A stretch of DNA of 64,000 nt from Phaeosaccion multiseriatum (lineage: Eukaryota > Protista > Ochrophyta, other classes), in assembly GCA_965112735.1 (NCBI GenBank), contig OZ218965.1, forward strand, positions 372,001 to 436,000. Direction: 5' to 3'. The translations under genes were made by a program, and so were the position numbers. Under the pieces are notes generated by a model. The model worked only from the letters and a program-made list of their open reading frames with translations, did not search any database and was not told the origin of the DNA. This document shows positions 51,612 through 63,963 of the stretch, piece after piece. Position 1 is the stretch's first letter. The number at the start of each line of letters is the position of its first letter.

Positions 51612-53922
51612 CAGGCAGACAGACAGATAGACAGACAGGTTAGACAAGACAAGGAGAAAGGAGGGGGGCATTGTTGAGGAGTGCTTTGTTTGAGTCCTCC
51701 CACAGCCCAAGCTTCACTGACCTTGTCCACCATGTTGCCATAGTTGTCGAACATGAGGCAGCCAGCGTCCAGATCCACCGTGGATGCTACCGGGGTCCAC
51801 CCAAGACCCATCTGCAGTACGTCAATGACTCCCTGAGAGAGAACGGCCTGCTGCCCCACACTCATGACGTGGTTTTGCCCCACGGCGAGCTGCACCGCGG
51901 GCAGCCCCTGTGAGAAGGCCTCGCGATAGGCCGATCTCTGTACCATGGCGGCAGGGGGGGGCGGGGGCATTGGTGCGCCGCTTTCCTCCCCGTCGGGTGG
52001 GGGCGAGAACTCCTCGGGGTCGTCCACGTCGTTTTCCATACCCATTGTGGCGGTCTGCGCACAGAGGAGGAGGGGCAGGAGGAGCAGGCGCGTGAGGAGG
52101 AAGAGGGATATATATATATAGGGGAGAGGTTGTGATGGTGGGGCAAGGCTCCCAAAAACAAACCTTCCCCATCTCACCTGCAGGGCCTCGTTGTGGAGCG
52201 GGTCAATCACAGATACCCACGTCTGGAGGGAGTAACGGAGCGCGTAAGTATGTGAGTGAGCGCGAGCGTGAGCAGCCTTGTGTATTCCACACCCGTATAT
52301 GGTAGCGTCATATAGTATCTGCTCCACGCATAACCTTCCACGTACCATGCAGGCGAGCCGCAGCTTGCCGGAGAGCTTTTTCTTGAGCATCTCCAGGACA
52401 CTCTCTCCGAAGGTGTGTTGATAGCGGCTGGCCATCTCGGACACCACAATCTAAACGCACACGCACACACACACAGAGAGAGAGAGAGAGAGTGAGAGAG
52501 AGGAAGAGAGAGAGACATGTGAGTTTGGAAGCGCAGCCCAGCCCTGCCAGACCTTGTCATTTCCCCCCAGCATTCGGCAGATTGTCTTGCCGTCGCTGCC
52601 GATCATCTTGGTGCTGGCCTCACGCAGCTTCATGCATCGGAAGTCGATCGGCTCGTACAAACAGGCCAGAAGGCCCCTCTTGAACTGGCCGCTAGTCTCG
52701 CTCTTCACGGCGTGAATCATGGAGTGCGAGTACTTGTTCTCGTAGCAGCTCTTGACGGCCTGCACGTGCTCACGGCTGCTGTTGACGAAGATGCGGATGA
52801 ACTCGCTGGAATCAGTTCCCCACTTGCCCACGCCTGCCGCATGGAGGCTGTCCGCGTCGGCCTCGGCCTGCGCCTCTGTGGTGCCGCCCTCCTCATCCCT
52901 CTCCGCCTTGAGCAGCTCCGTGCACAGCGTCTTCATGTATCCAGACAGCTCGCTGTTCAGGCGGTCCATCACCGGCTGGCCGTAACGCATCTCGTACATT
53001 GTCCTCATGGCGCTGATGCGGGCGTTGTCGCATGGGGCCAGCAGCTCGATGAGCCTCTGAGAGTCCGTGCCAAGGCCGTCACATGCCTGAATGTCAAGGG
53101 GTTCAACGCCACTGATCAGTCCTGAGGGCAGTGCGTGGAGTCCAAGGGAGGGCACCCACTCACTCACTCACTCACTCACTCACTCACTCACTCAACTCAC
53201 CTCCTTCACCATCAGCGCGTCAAACTCATCCTCCTGCATGCAACAGTAGCGGAGGATACGTCGATAGTCGCCCGTCGTCTCCCCGTCGATCTGATCGGCC
53301 AGAGAACGGCCGAAGAGCTCGTGGTACTGGACAGGAAGAGAGAGAGAGAGAGAGAGAGAAATACGCGTCAGCAGCCAGTGAGTGAGCGCGGGTCCTCTAC
53401 GAAAGAACACACACCACACTGCCCTCAGTGCGGATAACACCACCACCACCACCACCACCACCACCACGACCACCACCACCACCACCACCGCCACCACCAC
53501 CACCACCACCGCCACCACCACCACCACCACCACCACCACCACGACCACCACCACCACCACCACGACCACCACGACCACCACCACCACCACCACGACCACC
53601 ACGACCACCACCACCACCACCACCACCACCACCACCACCACCACCACCGACCTTTGCATTGACACCCTTGAGATGTTCCTTGGTCCTCGAACAAACCAAG
53701 GCAATGAGGTCCGCGTCCCTCGTGCCTAACCCCTTGCAAGCAACTTGAATGTCTTTCGCGTCAATCAGCGTGACATACGATCTGAGCAAGCCCCGCTGCC
53801 GCAGCTCCAGCTTGGCCTTCTCGGCGCCGCCCTCACGCATCATGTAGATCTGATCCTCCAGGCCCTTTGGTGCGCAAGGAGGGGGGGGCAGGGGGGGAGC
53901 ACACGGTGAGGTCATCTACTCA

Positions 53923-53975
<53 letters not shown>

Positions 53976-55709
53976 GGTGCCTGCCTGCCTGCCTGCCTGC
54001 CTGTCTGCCCGTCTGTCCCACCCGGCCCCACCGCGCTGCTCACATCGGTCGGGTCTTCCCCCTCCACCCAAAGAGTGGTGGCTTTGAGGAAGTCTCCCTG
54101 GATCATTGTCTCGTTCTTGAGGTGCTCCTGCAGAGTGAGGCCGTACGTCTCGAGGTAGTAAGCCTTCACCGCCACCATGTCCCTGTTGTCCACGCACCCG
54201 AGAAGCCGGCACACACGCTGGAAGGGGAAGGCGGGACAAGAGCGGGGCACAACTGGATTAGATTGCTTGGCCTCCAGTGAAGTGCACACACACATTCACA
54301 CACATTCACACACACCTCAGACACACATTCACACACACCTCAGACACACATTCACACACACACACCTCAGACACACCTCAGACACACATACACACACATT
54401 CACACACACCTCAGACGCACATACACACACACCTCAGACATACTTCAGACACACAAGCACACACACATATCACCACCATCACAAGCTCACCTCCTTGTCC
54501 GTGCCCATGCCTTCGAATGCGCTATGCAAGCTCCCGGCAATGTACGCCTCCCTGCTGGGGAATAGGCAGCCCAGCAGTGCCCGCTTGAGCTTGCCGCTGA
54601 ACTCTTTGTTTATCGCCGTCATGAGCGACATGGACTGCTGTCTCTCATACGCTGCCTTGATGGCTTGAATTTGTGCCCGCGATTCGGTCGAAAGCATCTC
54701 CACGAAGGTCTTCTCGTCCGTCCCGAACTTCCCCACGCCCGCCTTGTACAACGCGCGGGCTTGCTCTTCTGCCCGAGCTTCGTCCACGGTGGTGTCCTCG
54801 CTCTTCGACCCCATGAACTAAGTTGAGTGCGCACGGGTAGGGGGCGGACAGGTGAGAACCAAATCGTGTGGATTTGCGGGTGCAGTTTGTACATGTGGGC
54901 CCCCTCTCGCTTCACCTGAGCCTTACCATGCGCTGCATCAAGTGCTTGAAGTTCTTTGACAGAGTACCGAACTCATCCGAAAGAGTGTCGGATATGCTCT
55001 TGTTGTTTTGCCTCTCCCACAGGATCCGGACGTCAGCGAGGTCGGTATTTGTCATGACGTTGACGATGTCGATGATCGCATCCTCATCTGAGCCAACGCC
55101 CTTGGTTGCGCTGCGAAAGAGAGAGCAGCCCAGTTGGCCGTGGGGCATCAACGCATAGCGTACCATTTTGCCGAAGCTACCGCTCACTTCCTTCTCCACC
55201 CAGGACAACAGGCTTCTGCCATAATCTCTGTGGCAGGCCAAGTCGATCCGCTCCAATTGCTCCTTTGTTCGGCTGCACAGCACCTCCATAAGTCTCGTCT
55301 CGTTGGTCCCCAAACCCTTGAGAGCCTTATTCACGGTTAAGGCATCCCGCTTGGCGATAAAGTTCTGAGAAGCAGGCATACAAAGAAGGGAGAGAGGGGA
55401 GTGAGACGCTCCACGCCTTGGTCGCCTTCATTGCTCCACGGAGAAGGGAAAATCGGAGCACACAAGAGACTGCGCCGCACCTTGAGCTGCTCATTCTCAA
55501 GCGCGAGAGCCAGAACGACCTTGTCCAGTCTTTGCTGCGTGGCAGCGTCGATCTCCTGTGTGTTTTTGGGGACGGAGACGATAAAAGCGTGATTCCGCCG
55601 AACGGTATCAGACACCTGCATCTCTCTCCAACAAAGGAAGTCGGCTGTATTCCCTTGCACTTGCAACACGCACCTGCTCCGTGATGTCGACTGTCTTCTC
55701 CCCCTCCAT
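50901..55709 (-). CDS. Eight-repeat (double-tetrad) annexin fused to a C-terminal TerD domain
   Basis: Eight endonexin-type loops: KGLGTNE, KGVGSDE, GKFGTDE, EGMGTDK, KGLGTRD, DGLGTDS, GKWGTDS, KMIGSDG. After a Pro/acidic linker: LQMGLGW..VDLDAGCLMFD..HSGDNQTG..DNESITVVLADVP..VNCF..SFGDVSNAYCHL..W (TerD). Splice phases consistent throughout. Confidence 0.9.
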
Positions 55710-56008
55710 ATTTTCTTTGTCTGTCAGCACACACTTCAAGAAGGGGAAAGGGGAAGTGAAATGTGAGGAAAAAAAATTGTCGCCATTTGTGAATACGCAC
55801 TACCAACACGCGAAGGAATTTGACCGTGGGCCGCAAAAAGGGCAAGAAAAGAGAAGAAACAAACGAAAAACGCTCCTCTTAGCGGGGACAAAGCACACAG
55901 CATTCAAGTAGGAGAGAAGTTCAGAAGGACGGAGGGAGAAGGGCCCGGGGGATTTCAGCTAAGACTGGAAAAGAGGGAAAGAAATTTCTTCGGAAAGTTA
56001 CCCCGGAG

Positions 56009-56838
56009 ATGGGAAACTCTAACAGCCTTCAGGAGCAGCTGATAACGCTGCGACTGACGTCCAAGCAACTGTCTAGAGGGTCGAAGAAATGTGAAAAGAA
56101 TGAGTCCCAGGCCAAGGTAAGAGGGAAGTTGCGGAGGGCGAAGTTTTGTGATGTTGCGCCTTTCAGAAAGTATACAATAGCTCTTGTGGTTGATGTATAA
56201 GAATGCACGCTTGCCTTCCCCCCACAGGCCAAGCTTCGAGACGCCATCAAGAAGGGGAACAAAGAGGGGGCGCATATCTACGCGCAGAACGCCATCCGGG
56301 AGAAAAACCAGGCTCTAAATTGCTTGCGGATGAGCTCTCGGATAGACGCGGTGGCGAGTCGTGTGGAGACGGCGGTGCGCATGAAGGACATCAACAAGAG
56401 CATGGTGGGGGTAGTCAAGGGCATGGACGTGGCGCTCAAGAGCATGGACGTGGAACAGATCAGCAAGGTAGGTGTGCGTGCCTGAGTGTGTGCGTGTTGA
56501 CACCACAACAAGAGTCGTGAAGCCTGTGACGAACGTTCATGCCCTTGCTGCCCTCGGCTCCGCAGGTGATGGACAAGTTTGAGCAGCAGTTCGAGGACCT
56601 GGACGTCCGGAGTGGCTATATGGAGAACGCGATGGGCAACTCAGCTGCTGCAGCGACTCCGCAGGGAGAAGTTGACAACTTGATAATGATGGTGGCCGAC
56701 GAGGCGGGGCTGGAGCTGGGAGAAGAGTTTGAAAGCGCGGGAGCAGTCTCGGCAAAGGTGCCCAAGCCCGCAAAGGCGGAGGAGGAGGAGGCCCCGAGCG
56801 AAGACCTGGCCAGTCGGCTGGCGGCGCTACGGAAATAG
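56009..56838 (+). CDS. CHMP1: ESCRT-III subunit CHMP1/VPS46/DID2, 3 exons
   Basis: LRLTSKQLSRGSKKCEK..AIKKGNKEGAHIYAQNAIREKNQALNCLRMSSRIDAVASRVETAV..MDKFEQQFEDLDV..PQGEVDNLIMMVADEAGLE..DLASRLAALRK (MIM1). Confidence 0.95.
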
Positions 56839-56882
56839 ATAGGACCGGAATGAATAGAAGTTAAGGGCGTTGTATTTACGTG

Positions 56883-59559
56883 TTACGCAATCTTAACGAC
56901 GGCATAGATGTGCTTGACGAAGGTCAGCGAGCTGATGAAGCCCACGAAGCCCAGCATGAGCGCGAAGGAGTAGCTGATGACAGCCATATAGCCGAAGTAG
57001 AAGGAGCCCTGCAGAAAGCCCTCCATGACGGACCGGTTGAAGAAGTAGAAGAAGGAATAAGCGTAGATGAACAGGCCCGTGCTGCCCCCCGAGAAGAAGC
57101 TTCTCCACCACCACCGATGGTCTTCGCTGGCGAGCTGTGTCAGTCGGGGAGAATCAATACGGTGGATGATGAGTGGGGCTGTTTCTGTGTGCCGTGGGAC
57201 TCTCTTTAGTTAAAATTTGTACTCCAATGCTGCAAGTACACGGGATAAATTCACTCATTCTTCCTTCGCCCCACTCACCTGGAAGTAAATGAGCGCCACA
57301 GTAATGAAGCTGCACACGATGAGCAGCATGAAGAAGGCCAGAATGAGGATGCCAAAGAGGGTGTAGATCTTGTGGCCCCATACACTCGCAAATATGTAGT
57401 GCAGCTCAATGTAGATGGCGCTGAAGGGCAGGAAGCCGCTCATGGCCATCTGAGCCGGCGCCTGGCGGAACCATGGAATGTCCTTGGGCACCTCCCGGGG
57501 CACCTGGCAGGGGGGTTACGCAGCAGTCAGCAGTGCGAGAGCAGTTCGTGCAGCAGGCAAGAGCAAAGAGTAATGAGTCAAGAGAAAAGGCCAGAGAGAG
57601 AGGAAGAGAGAAAGCAGATTGCGAAGCGAGGGAGAACGAGAGGGAGAGAGAAACGCGAAAGAGAGAGACAGAGGGATCACAGATTGCGACGACCCACCTT
57701 GGTGGTGCGGCACGGAGCTTGAAAGTCCCCCGCCGTGTTACGGCCCAAGATGGCGCCCACCACGGTGAGCGGGAAGGCGATGAGCAGCCACATGACTGCG
57801 ATGGCAAGCGTCGTGGTCACGGGCAGGGCCGCGGTGGAAGCGTTGTGCCACGCGATGCTGTTGAGGACCAAAAACACACAAAAGAGGGGCAGTGGGAAGC
57901 ACAGACTTGTGCAAACCGTGTTCCACACCCAATTTTTACCCCCCATCTGCCGGTAGAAGCGGGCAGACACGTGCCCGCCCACAAAGGCCGTGAACATGTA
58001 CAGCAGAATGATGCACGTCAGGATGGAACCCCGCTTCGTCGGCTTGAACACACCCAGGATGGCGCACATGAGGAGCAGGATGGTGACGAGGCAGAGGTGC
58101 GCTCCCGTGCCCACCATGGAGGAGAAGAGGTTGACGTACTTGGGGAAGCGAAACACGTCCCCGTGCACAAGCTTCCAGCCTGTCTCCTGCTCGCCGAGGT
58201 CCTCCTCGTCCACCTGGGCAGACGGGTAGGTGGGTAGATGAGCAGAAAATGAGACAAGTGACACCAGTCGCACCGCACACCGCACATGTGAGCGCACCTC
58301 AAGGTAGCGGCTGAAGTCGTTCTTCAGCACCCGCATGAGGATGATGGTGAGGAACGCCGTGAGCAGCAGCACGAGCACGAAGCTGTTGATGACCGACAGC
58401 CAATGGATCTCAAAGGTGGCAGGTAGGAAGCGGCTGTCGGCGTAGCGCGTCATGCGTGTCTCGTAGGTCAGAGTGGTCTCCTCCACCCACTTGACGCTGT
58501 AGCTGAACTGCACCTCCTTGGGCTTGGAGGTGTCGGTGATGTCGACCCCCTGCGTGGGGTCTAGGGCCACGTTGACGCTGACGATTTGGTCGTCTTGGTA
58601 CCCGATGGTAAAGCTGAGGTGGGGAAAGAGGTTTACCTTGTAGTTGTCCGGGGACCGAAGGGCCTGGGAAGAGAGATGAGAGAGGAGAAGGAGCCGTGAG
58701 ATGCGATAACACAGGTGATACACTACACTTTGAGACCTGCAAAAGTCCCACCCCACCTTTAAGTTCAGCTCCTCGCCTACAATCTCGCCCAAGTGCCCAT
58801 ACAGGGGCAAGTCATCAACGAACATTTCGAAGTAGAATTGGTCCTCCACCGCGTCGGAGAACTGCTTGAGCTCCTCCGGCGTGAGCTTCTTGACGCACAG
58901 CTTTCGCCATGGAACATCCACCATAAAGTCCAGCTCGTACAACCTGGCCACCACCTGCGTTGAAGGGGTGCTACTGCTTGAGTTTGGCGGTATCTGACAG
59001 ATAGTGCTAGTTTGTATTTGCAAAGTCTCGCCCCCCCCCCCCCCCCGCACCTTCCTGTCGCCAGCCAGAGTCTCTCCCATGGCCTGCTTATGCCGCTTGT
59101 TGCCCTCCTCGGAGCGGCAAAACGGGAGTGAGTAGTACAGGTAGGTTTCTGTAGGGTTGTTGTACGGGCCGACCTGCGCACAAAACAACAGTCCAAGGAG
59201 AGTCCGACATAATCAGCGACAGACCCAAAGCCTTCAAAACCTTCGATCCACACCCGTACCTTGTTCGCAATCAGCGGCACCCTCTGCTGCTCTTTCCAAT
59301 GTCGTTCCTGCAGAAAGTAGTTCATCGGCAAGGGAGGTGGTGATGCGAGCGTAGAGTAGCATCAAAAGTGAGCCGCACACTCTGCATCCACCGCCATCTC
59401 GGACCGGCCGCTACCCCCACGCCCTCCAGATCGCTTGATGTGGGCACTTCCCCGCTCACGCACCTTCGCCTGAGCCCCTCCGACAAGCAGAAATACGCAT
59501 AGCAAAAGGAGCTGCAACGCAGCCCCTAGGGCTCTCGCTCTCGCCCAAGCTGGCGCCAT
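56883..59559 (-). CDS. Transmembrane 9 superfamily (EMP70/nonaspanin), TM9SF1-like
   Basis: Signal peptide; ANKVGPYNNPTETYLYYSLPFC; FYFEMFVDDLP; FEIHWLSVINSFVLVLLL; ETGWKLVHGDVFRFP; GFLPFSAIYIELHYIFASVWGH; EDHRWWW. Confidence 0.96.
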
Positions 59560-59857
59560 CTTGTCCAGCGCTGAAGGCGTGGCCCGTTACCCCAAATCTT
59601 TTCCAGACGATGAATGTGAGCGAACACAGGGAGCGATCAGCGCGGGTAAATCATGGTGGCCCTTCCCGCCTCGCAGCCTCTCCTTCTGCTATTCTCTTTT
59701 TTGTTTTCTCTGCCTCTCTCTGCTTCGGAGATCGGAGCGGAGCATCGGCCAAAGCGATGGTGGTTTCCAGATTGAGATGGGCGTCAAGCGCACAGCACAA
59801 CACACAACCCGAACGGATATTCCGAACGCGACAGGCCGCCGCCGCCGCGGTGGCTTC

Positions 59858-61205
59858 ATGATGACTCGGTGGGCCTTGGCTGTGCTACCAACGGCACTGC
59901 TCTTTGCTCTTGTCTTGGTGACGGGGTATGTGGCTGCACGGGGCGCTGGAAACAACTCCTTCGGGGTGCCGTCCCAGCGACGTGGTGTCTTTCTTGACCT
60001 CGAGGACGAGAATCCCTACCGCTCCTTCAACACCTGGGCGAACGACCTGCTCATGCCCCGCGCCTTGTGCGCGTGGATGATGGACAAGTTCGGGTGGGAG
60101 TGGGGATACTACGGGACGACGTACCTGCGGGACTATTTGTTTGGGACACTGCTCTACTATGGCGCTGCTGGCCTGTGGCACCTTGGCATCTACAAGGTGA
60201 GGGAGGGCGGACCCGGAGAAATGAGCGCACTGACCGATTTGCTCGTCTCCGATCTTACAGCCCTGGCCTCCGCCTTCCTCTCTGTCCCTCTCTCTCCCGC
60301 TCTCCCGCGTGGTGGTGGTGTAGGTCAAGGGGAAGGAGTACTTTGTGAGCAAGGACGCCATGCCCACGAGGGAGGTGATCGTGGACCAGATGCAGCTGGC
60401 GCAAGCATCCATGACGTTGTACGCTGCGCTTCCCATCTTTGCGGAATGGTGAGGCAAACGGCACTTGAGTCCCTTTTGAGAGAAGTATGGGCAGAGCCAC
60501 CAAGAGCCACCAAGAGCTACCAAGAGCCAGCAGCACTGTCATTTGATTGAGCCCAACCTGTACCCCGATCGTTTTGGAGTCATTCTGGCTGCCCCCCTGA
60601 CCTTCTGCCTCCCCCCACACGTGCGTGTGATTCTCTCTGCGAACATCAATCACTCCCGCAGGGCCATTGAGAGTGGCTACACGCGAACCTACTTCTACCC
60701 TAGCGAGGTAGGCAGTCTGGGGCTGTGCTTCGCCTACTGGTGCGTGTACATGGTACTGGTGGAGGTGGGTATCTACTGGATGCACCGCACGCTGCACACC
60801 AACAAGTTGCTCTACAAGCACGTGCACGCCTTACACCACAAGTACAACAAGACCAACACTCTCTCACCTTGGGCCAGCATCGCCTTCAACCCGCTAGACG
60901 GTGTGCTGCAGGCCAGCCCCTACGTGCTGTGGCTCTTCTTCGTGCCCGTCAACTACTTTGTGTTCGTCGCCATGATGTTCTTCACCAGCGTGTGGTCCAC
61001 CAACATCCACGACACGCTGCATGGCGACTCGGAACCCATCATGGGCAGCAAGTACCACACTGTGCACCACACGCACTACATGTACAACTACGGACAGTTC
61101 TTCACCTTCTGCGATCGCTTCTGGGGCACGCTGAGGAGGCCCGAGGACATCAAGGACTATCGCTGCAACGGAGTGGTGCCCCAGCACTCGGTCAAGCAGG
61201 CGTGA
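59858..61205 (+). CDS. Delta7-sterol C5(6)-desaturase (ERG3/STE1/DWF7-like), 3 exons
   Basis: His boxes YWMHRTLH, HVHALHH, NIHD..YHTVHHTH; SPWASIAFNPLDG; YNYGQFFTFCDRFWGT. Start could lie slightly upstream. Confidence 0.92.
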
Positions 61206-61890
61206 GGCGGACCTGCGCAGCATAGAGTACGGCCGAGCGGCTCCTTCGAGCGGCTCCTTCACATCATTACCAACCAACTGTGAAACTGCAACAAACAAAT
61301 CGAACGCTCCGGAACAGAGAAATCAAATTATTTTCTTTTCCCTCCCCTGTTGTTGCTTTCTTTTCCCGTCGAGCGCTTCGTAGTTGTATGCCAGAAAGAA
61401 TCGAAAGAGAGGAAAGGTGGAGAGGGAGGGACCAATCAAAAACCAGTTTCAGTGTCAGTGCGGTGGTTGAATACGGGTTTCAGATGCGCCGCCCCTGCAC
61501 CGCCCCCACCTGCGAATTTATTGCCGCCCTTTAAAAAGCCCAACCAACCTTAAAGAACAAACATTTGGGGTTGCAGGGCGTCTTGTGTCGCCCCAGGAGC
61601 AATTAGAAGCAGCTGCGAAAGTAGAGCAGCAGTAGCTGCAGGCGTTTGGCCATAGAGCAGCAGTGGCTGCGGGCGTTGGACGGGACGGCCGCCGCGCTAC
61701 TGCTAAACGGCAAAACCCTCCTTGCTCCCCCCCCCCCTTTTACCTTTTGGGGTATCTTCGTCTGCCCCGGGCTGTATCGGGCGACACCTCCCCAGCTGTC
61801 TTGCGGAGTGCCTTGTGTTCTTCCCCACATTACCACTGCCCCCGCTCTTGTTCGTGCGGGAGAAGGGGGTCTGTTTGTGTTTGAAAACAG

Positions 61891-63963
61891 ATGGAGCCTG
61901 ATGAAGACATGGGCGTTGAGCAGGAAGACGAGGCAATGCTTAACGCCGAGACTCCCACCCGCGGAGTGGCGGAGGGGAGGGCGAGACGGCGGTCTGCGAA
62001 GATGCAGACCTACGCGGAGCAGCAGGAGGACGATGATGATGATGAGGAGGAGGAGGAGAGGAGGCGGAAGGCACCTGCTGGGAGCAAGCGGGGCACGAGG
62101 ACAATGAAGCAGTGCCCCGGCTGCGGCGACTGGGTGGGCGTGGCCTGCAAGACTTGCGCAGAGTGCGAGTATCGCTTTCCCATCGGACAGCGGAGAGCAG
62201 CTCAAGCCGCCGCGGCGGCCGCTGCCATTCAGAACGTGCGGCAGCAGTATCACTTTTTGGCTGAGAAGGAGGACGATGGGAGCTATAAGGTGGACCGGAT
62301 CATGGGCAGGCGGCTCATCGGGAAGGGCGACGGGGGGGCGACTGGCGACGAGGTGAGCGCAGACAGCAAGTTCATGCACCTTCTCAAGGGGAGGAAGAGC
62401 GGAGACCAGGCGCAGGTCCGGACCCGCTACCACTACGAGTACCTCGTAAAGTGGAAGGGCCTGAGCTACAAGCGCACCGAGTGGCTGCGGGGGCACGAAC
62501 TGGAGGCCCGCAGCAAGACCTCCAAGCAGATCTTGGGCAGGTATGTGCGCAGGCTGGAGGCGGCGGGCAGGGCCGACGAGTCAGAGGAGGAGGACGAGGA
62601 GCTACTCGAGGCCATGCAGGCTGAGGCAGAGAAGGTGCTCGACGCGCGCGAGATGGACACCGAGGTGGAGGTGTCCGGGGCGGCGGACGACGGCACGGAC
62701 GCAGGTAGGTACTTGGTACTTGACTCTTCTTATTACTGCACAGGGGAGGGCTCTCTCTCTCTCTGAGGCACGCATATCATCACCAGCCACTCTCTGACAT
62801 TGTGTTCTATATTGGGTATACCCCGTGCACAGAGGGGGCGCTGGTGCATGCCAATGGGGTCGAGAACGACGAGGACCATGTCCCGGCAGCGGCGGCCACC
62901 GCAAGGCACGAGCTCAAGCCCGAGGGCTTCGACGACTACGAGAGCCCCGAAGACATGGAGGCGGTGACCATGCCGGGCACTAGGCCCAGGACCAAGCAGG
63001 ACATGTTCTGGAGGCCCATGACCCGCTGCAGGTGTGTGTGCGTGTGTGTGTGTGTGTGTGTGTTTTGGTGCCTGGGCTTGCGGGCACCCTTTCCCCCTGG
63101 AGACTCACATCGCTTTTTTAATGTGCGGCACTCGGCAGGCTCGTGCTGGAGAAGATGCTGGAGGACCCATGGACTGCCATCTTCACAGAGCCCGTCCCTT
63201 TGGACGTGTACGAGGACTACGCGGACGTGGTCGATGACCCGATGGATCTCGGCACTATTCGGGACAAGCTCGACGGGTGGAGGTACAAGCGCAACGACAC
63301 CGAGGCCTTCGCAAGGGACATGAAGCTGGTCTTTTACAACTGCAAGGTGCGCGTGTGTGTGTGTGTGTGTGTGTATGTGTGTGCGGGTCTCTTTTGCCAC
63401 CTCCCTTGCCCGTTCTTTGCCCAACCCTCCTTCTCTGCCCCGTCTACCGTTCCTGGCCGTCGCCAACTCAACCAACCAGGTGTACAACCACCACGGCTCC
63501 AGCATTTGGCTCACCGCCGACTACCTGCTCAAGATGTTCGAGCGCCTCTACAACTCCTGGGTGTTCCAGTTTGCAGGCAAGACGGTGGCGTGGGAGGAGC
63601 CCGAGGCGCGGCCGTGGGAGAACACGTGCCGAGTATGCCAGTTGGACAAGAACAAAGACAGCATCCTCCTGTGCGACTGCTGCGACGCCGAGTACCACAC
63701 GCAGTGCCTCGACCCTCCCCTGGCGGCGGTGCCCGAGGGCGTTTGGCTGTGCCACCGCTGCCAAAAGAGGGGCCAGAAAGTGGGTAAGGGCCTGCACAGC
63801 CACGCGCTGGAGGAGAGCCTCAGACGCAAGGTGGAGGTATCGAGCGACGTGCGGGTAGTGGTGGTGAAGCAGACCAAGTACCTCGTCAAGTGGAGGGGAT
63901 GCTCCTACAGAGACTGCACCTGGGAGACAAGGGAGGGGGTGGCCAACGACGCCGTTATTGAGG
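61891..63963 (+). CDS. CHD-like chromatin protein, N-terminal part (Zn ribbon, chromo, bromo, PHD, chromo); continues beyond window
   Basis: CPGC..CKTCAEC; YKVDRIM..YEYLVKWKGLSYKRTEW; IFTEPV..YADVVDDPMDLGTI..FARDMKLVFYNCK|VYN; CRVC..ILLCDCCDAEYHTQCLDPPL..GVWLCHRC; KYLVKWRGCSYRDCTWE. Confidence 0.88.
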
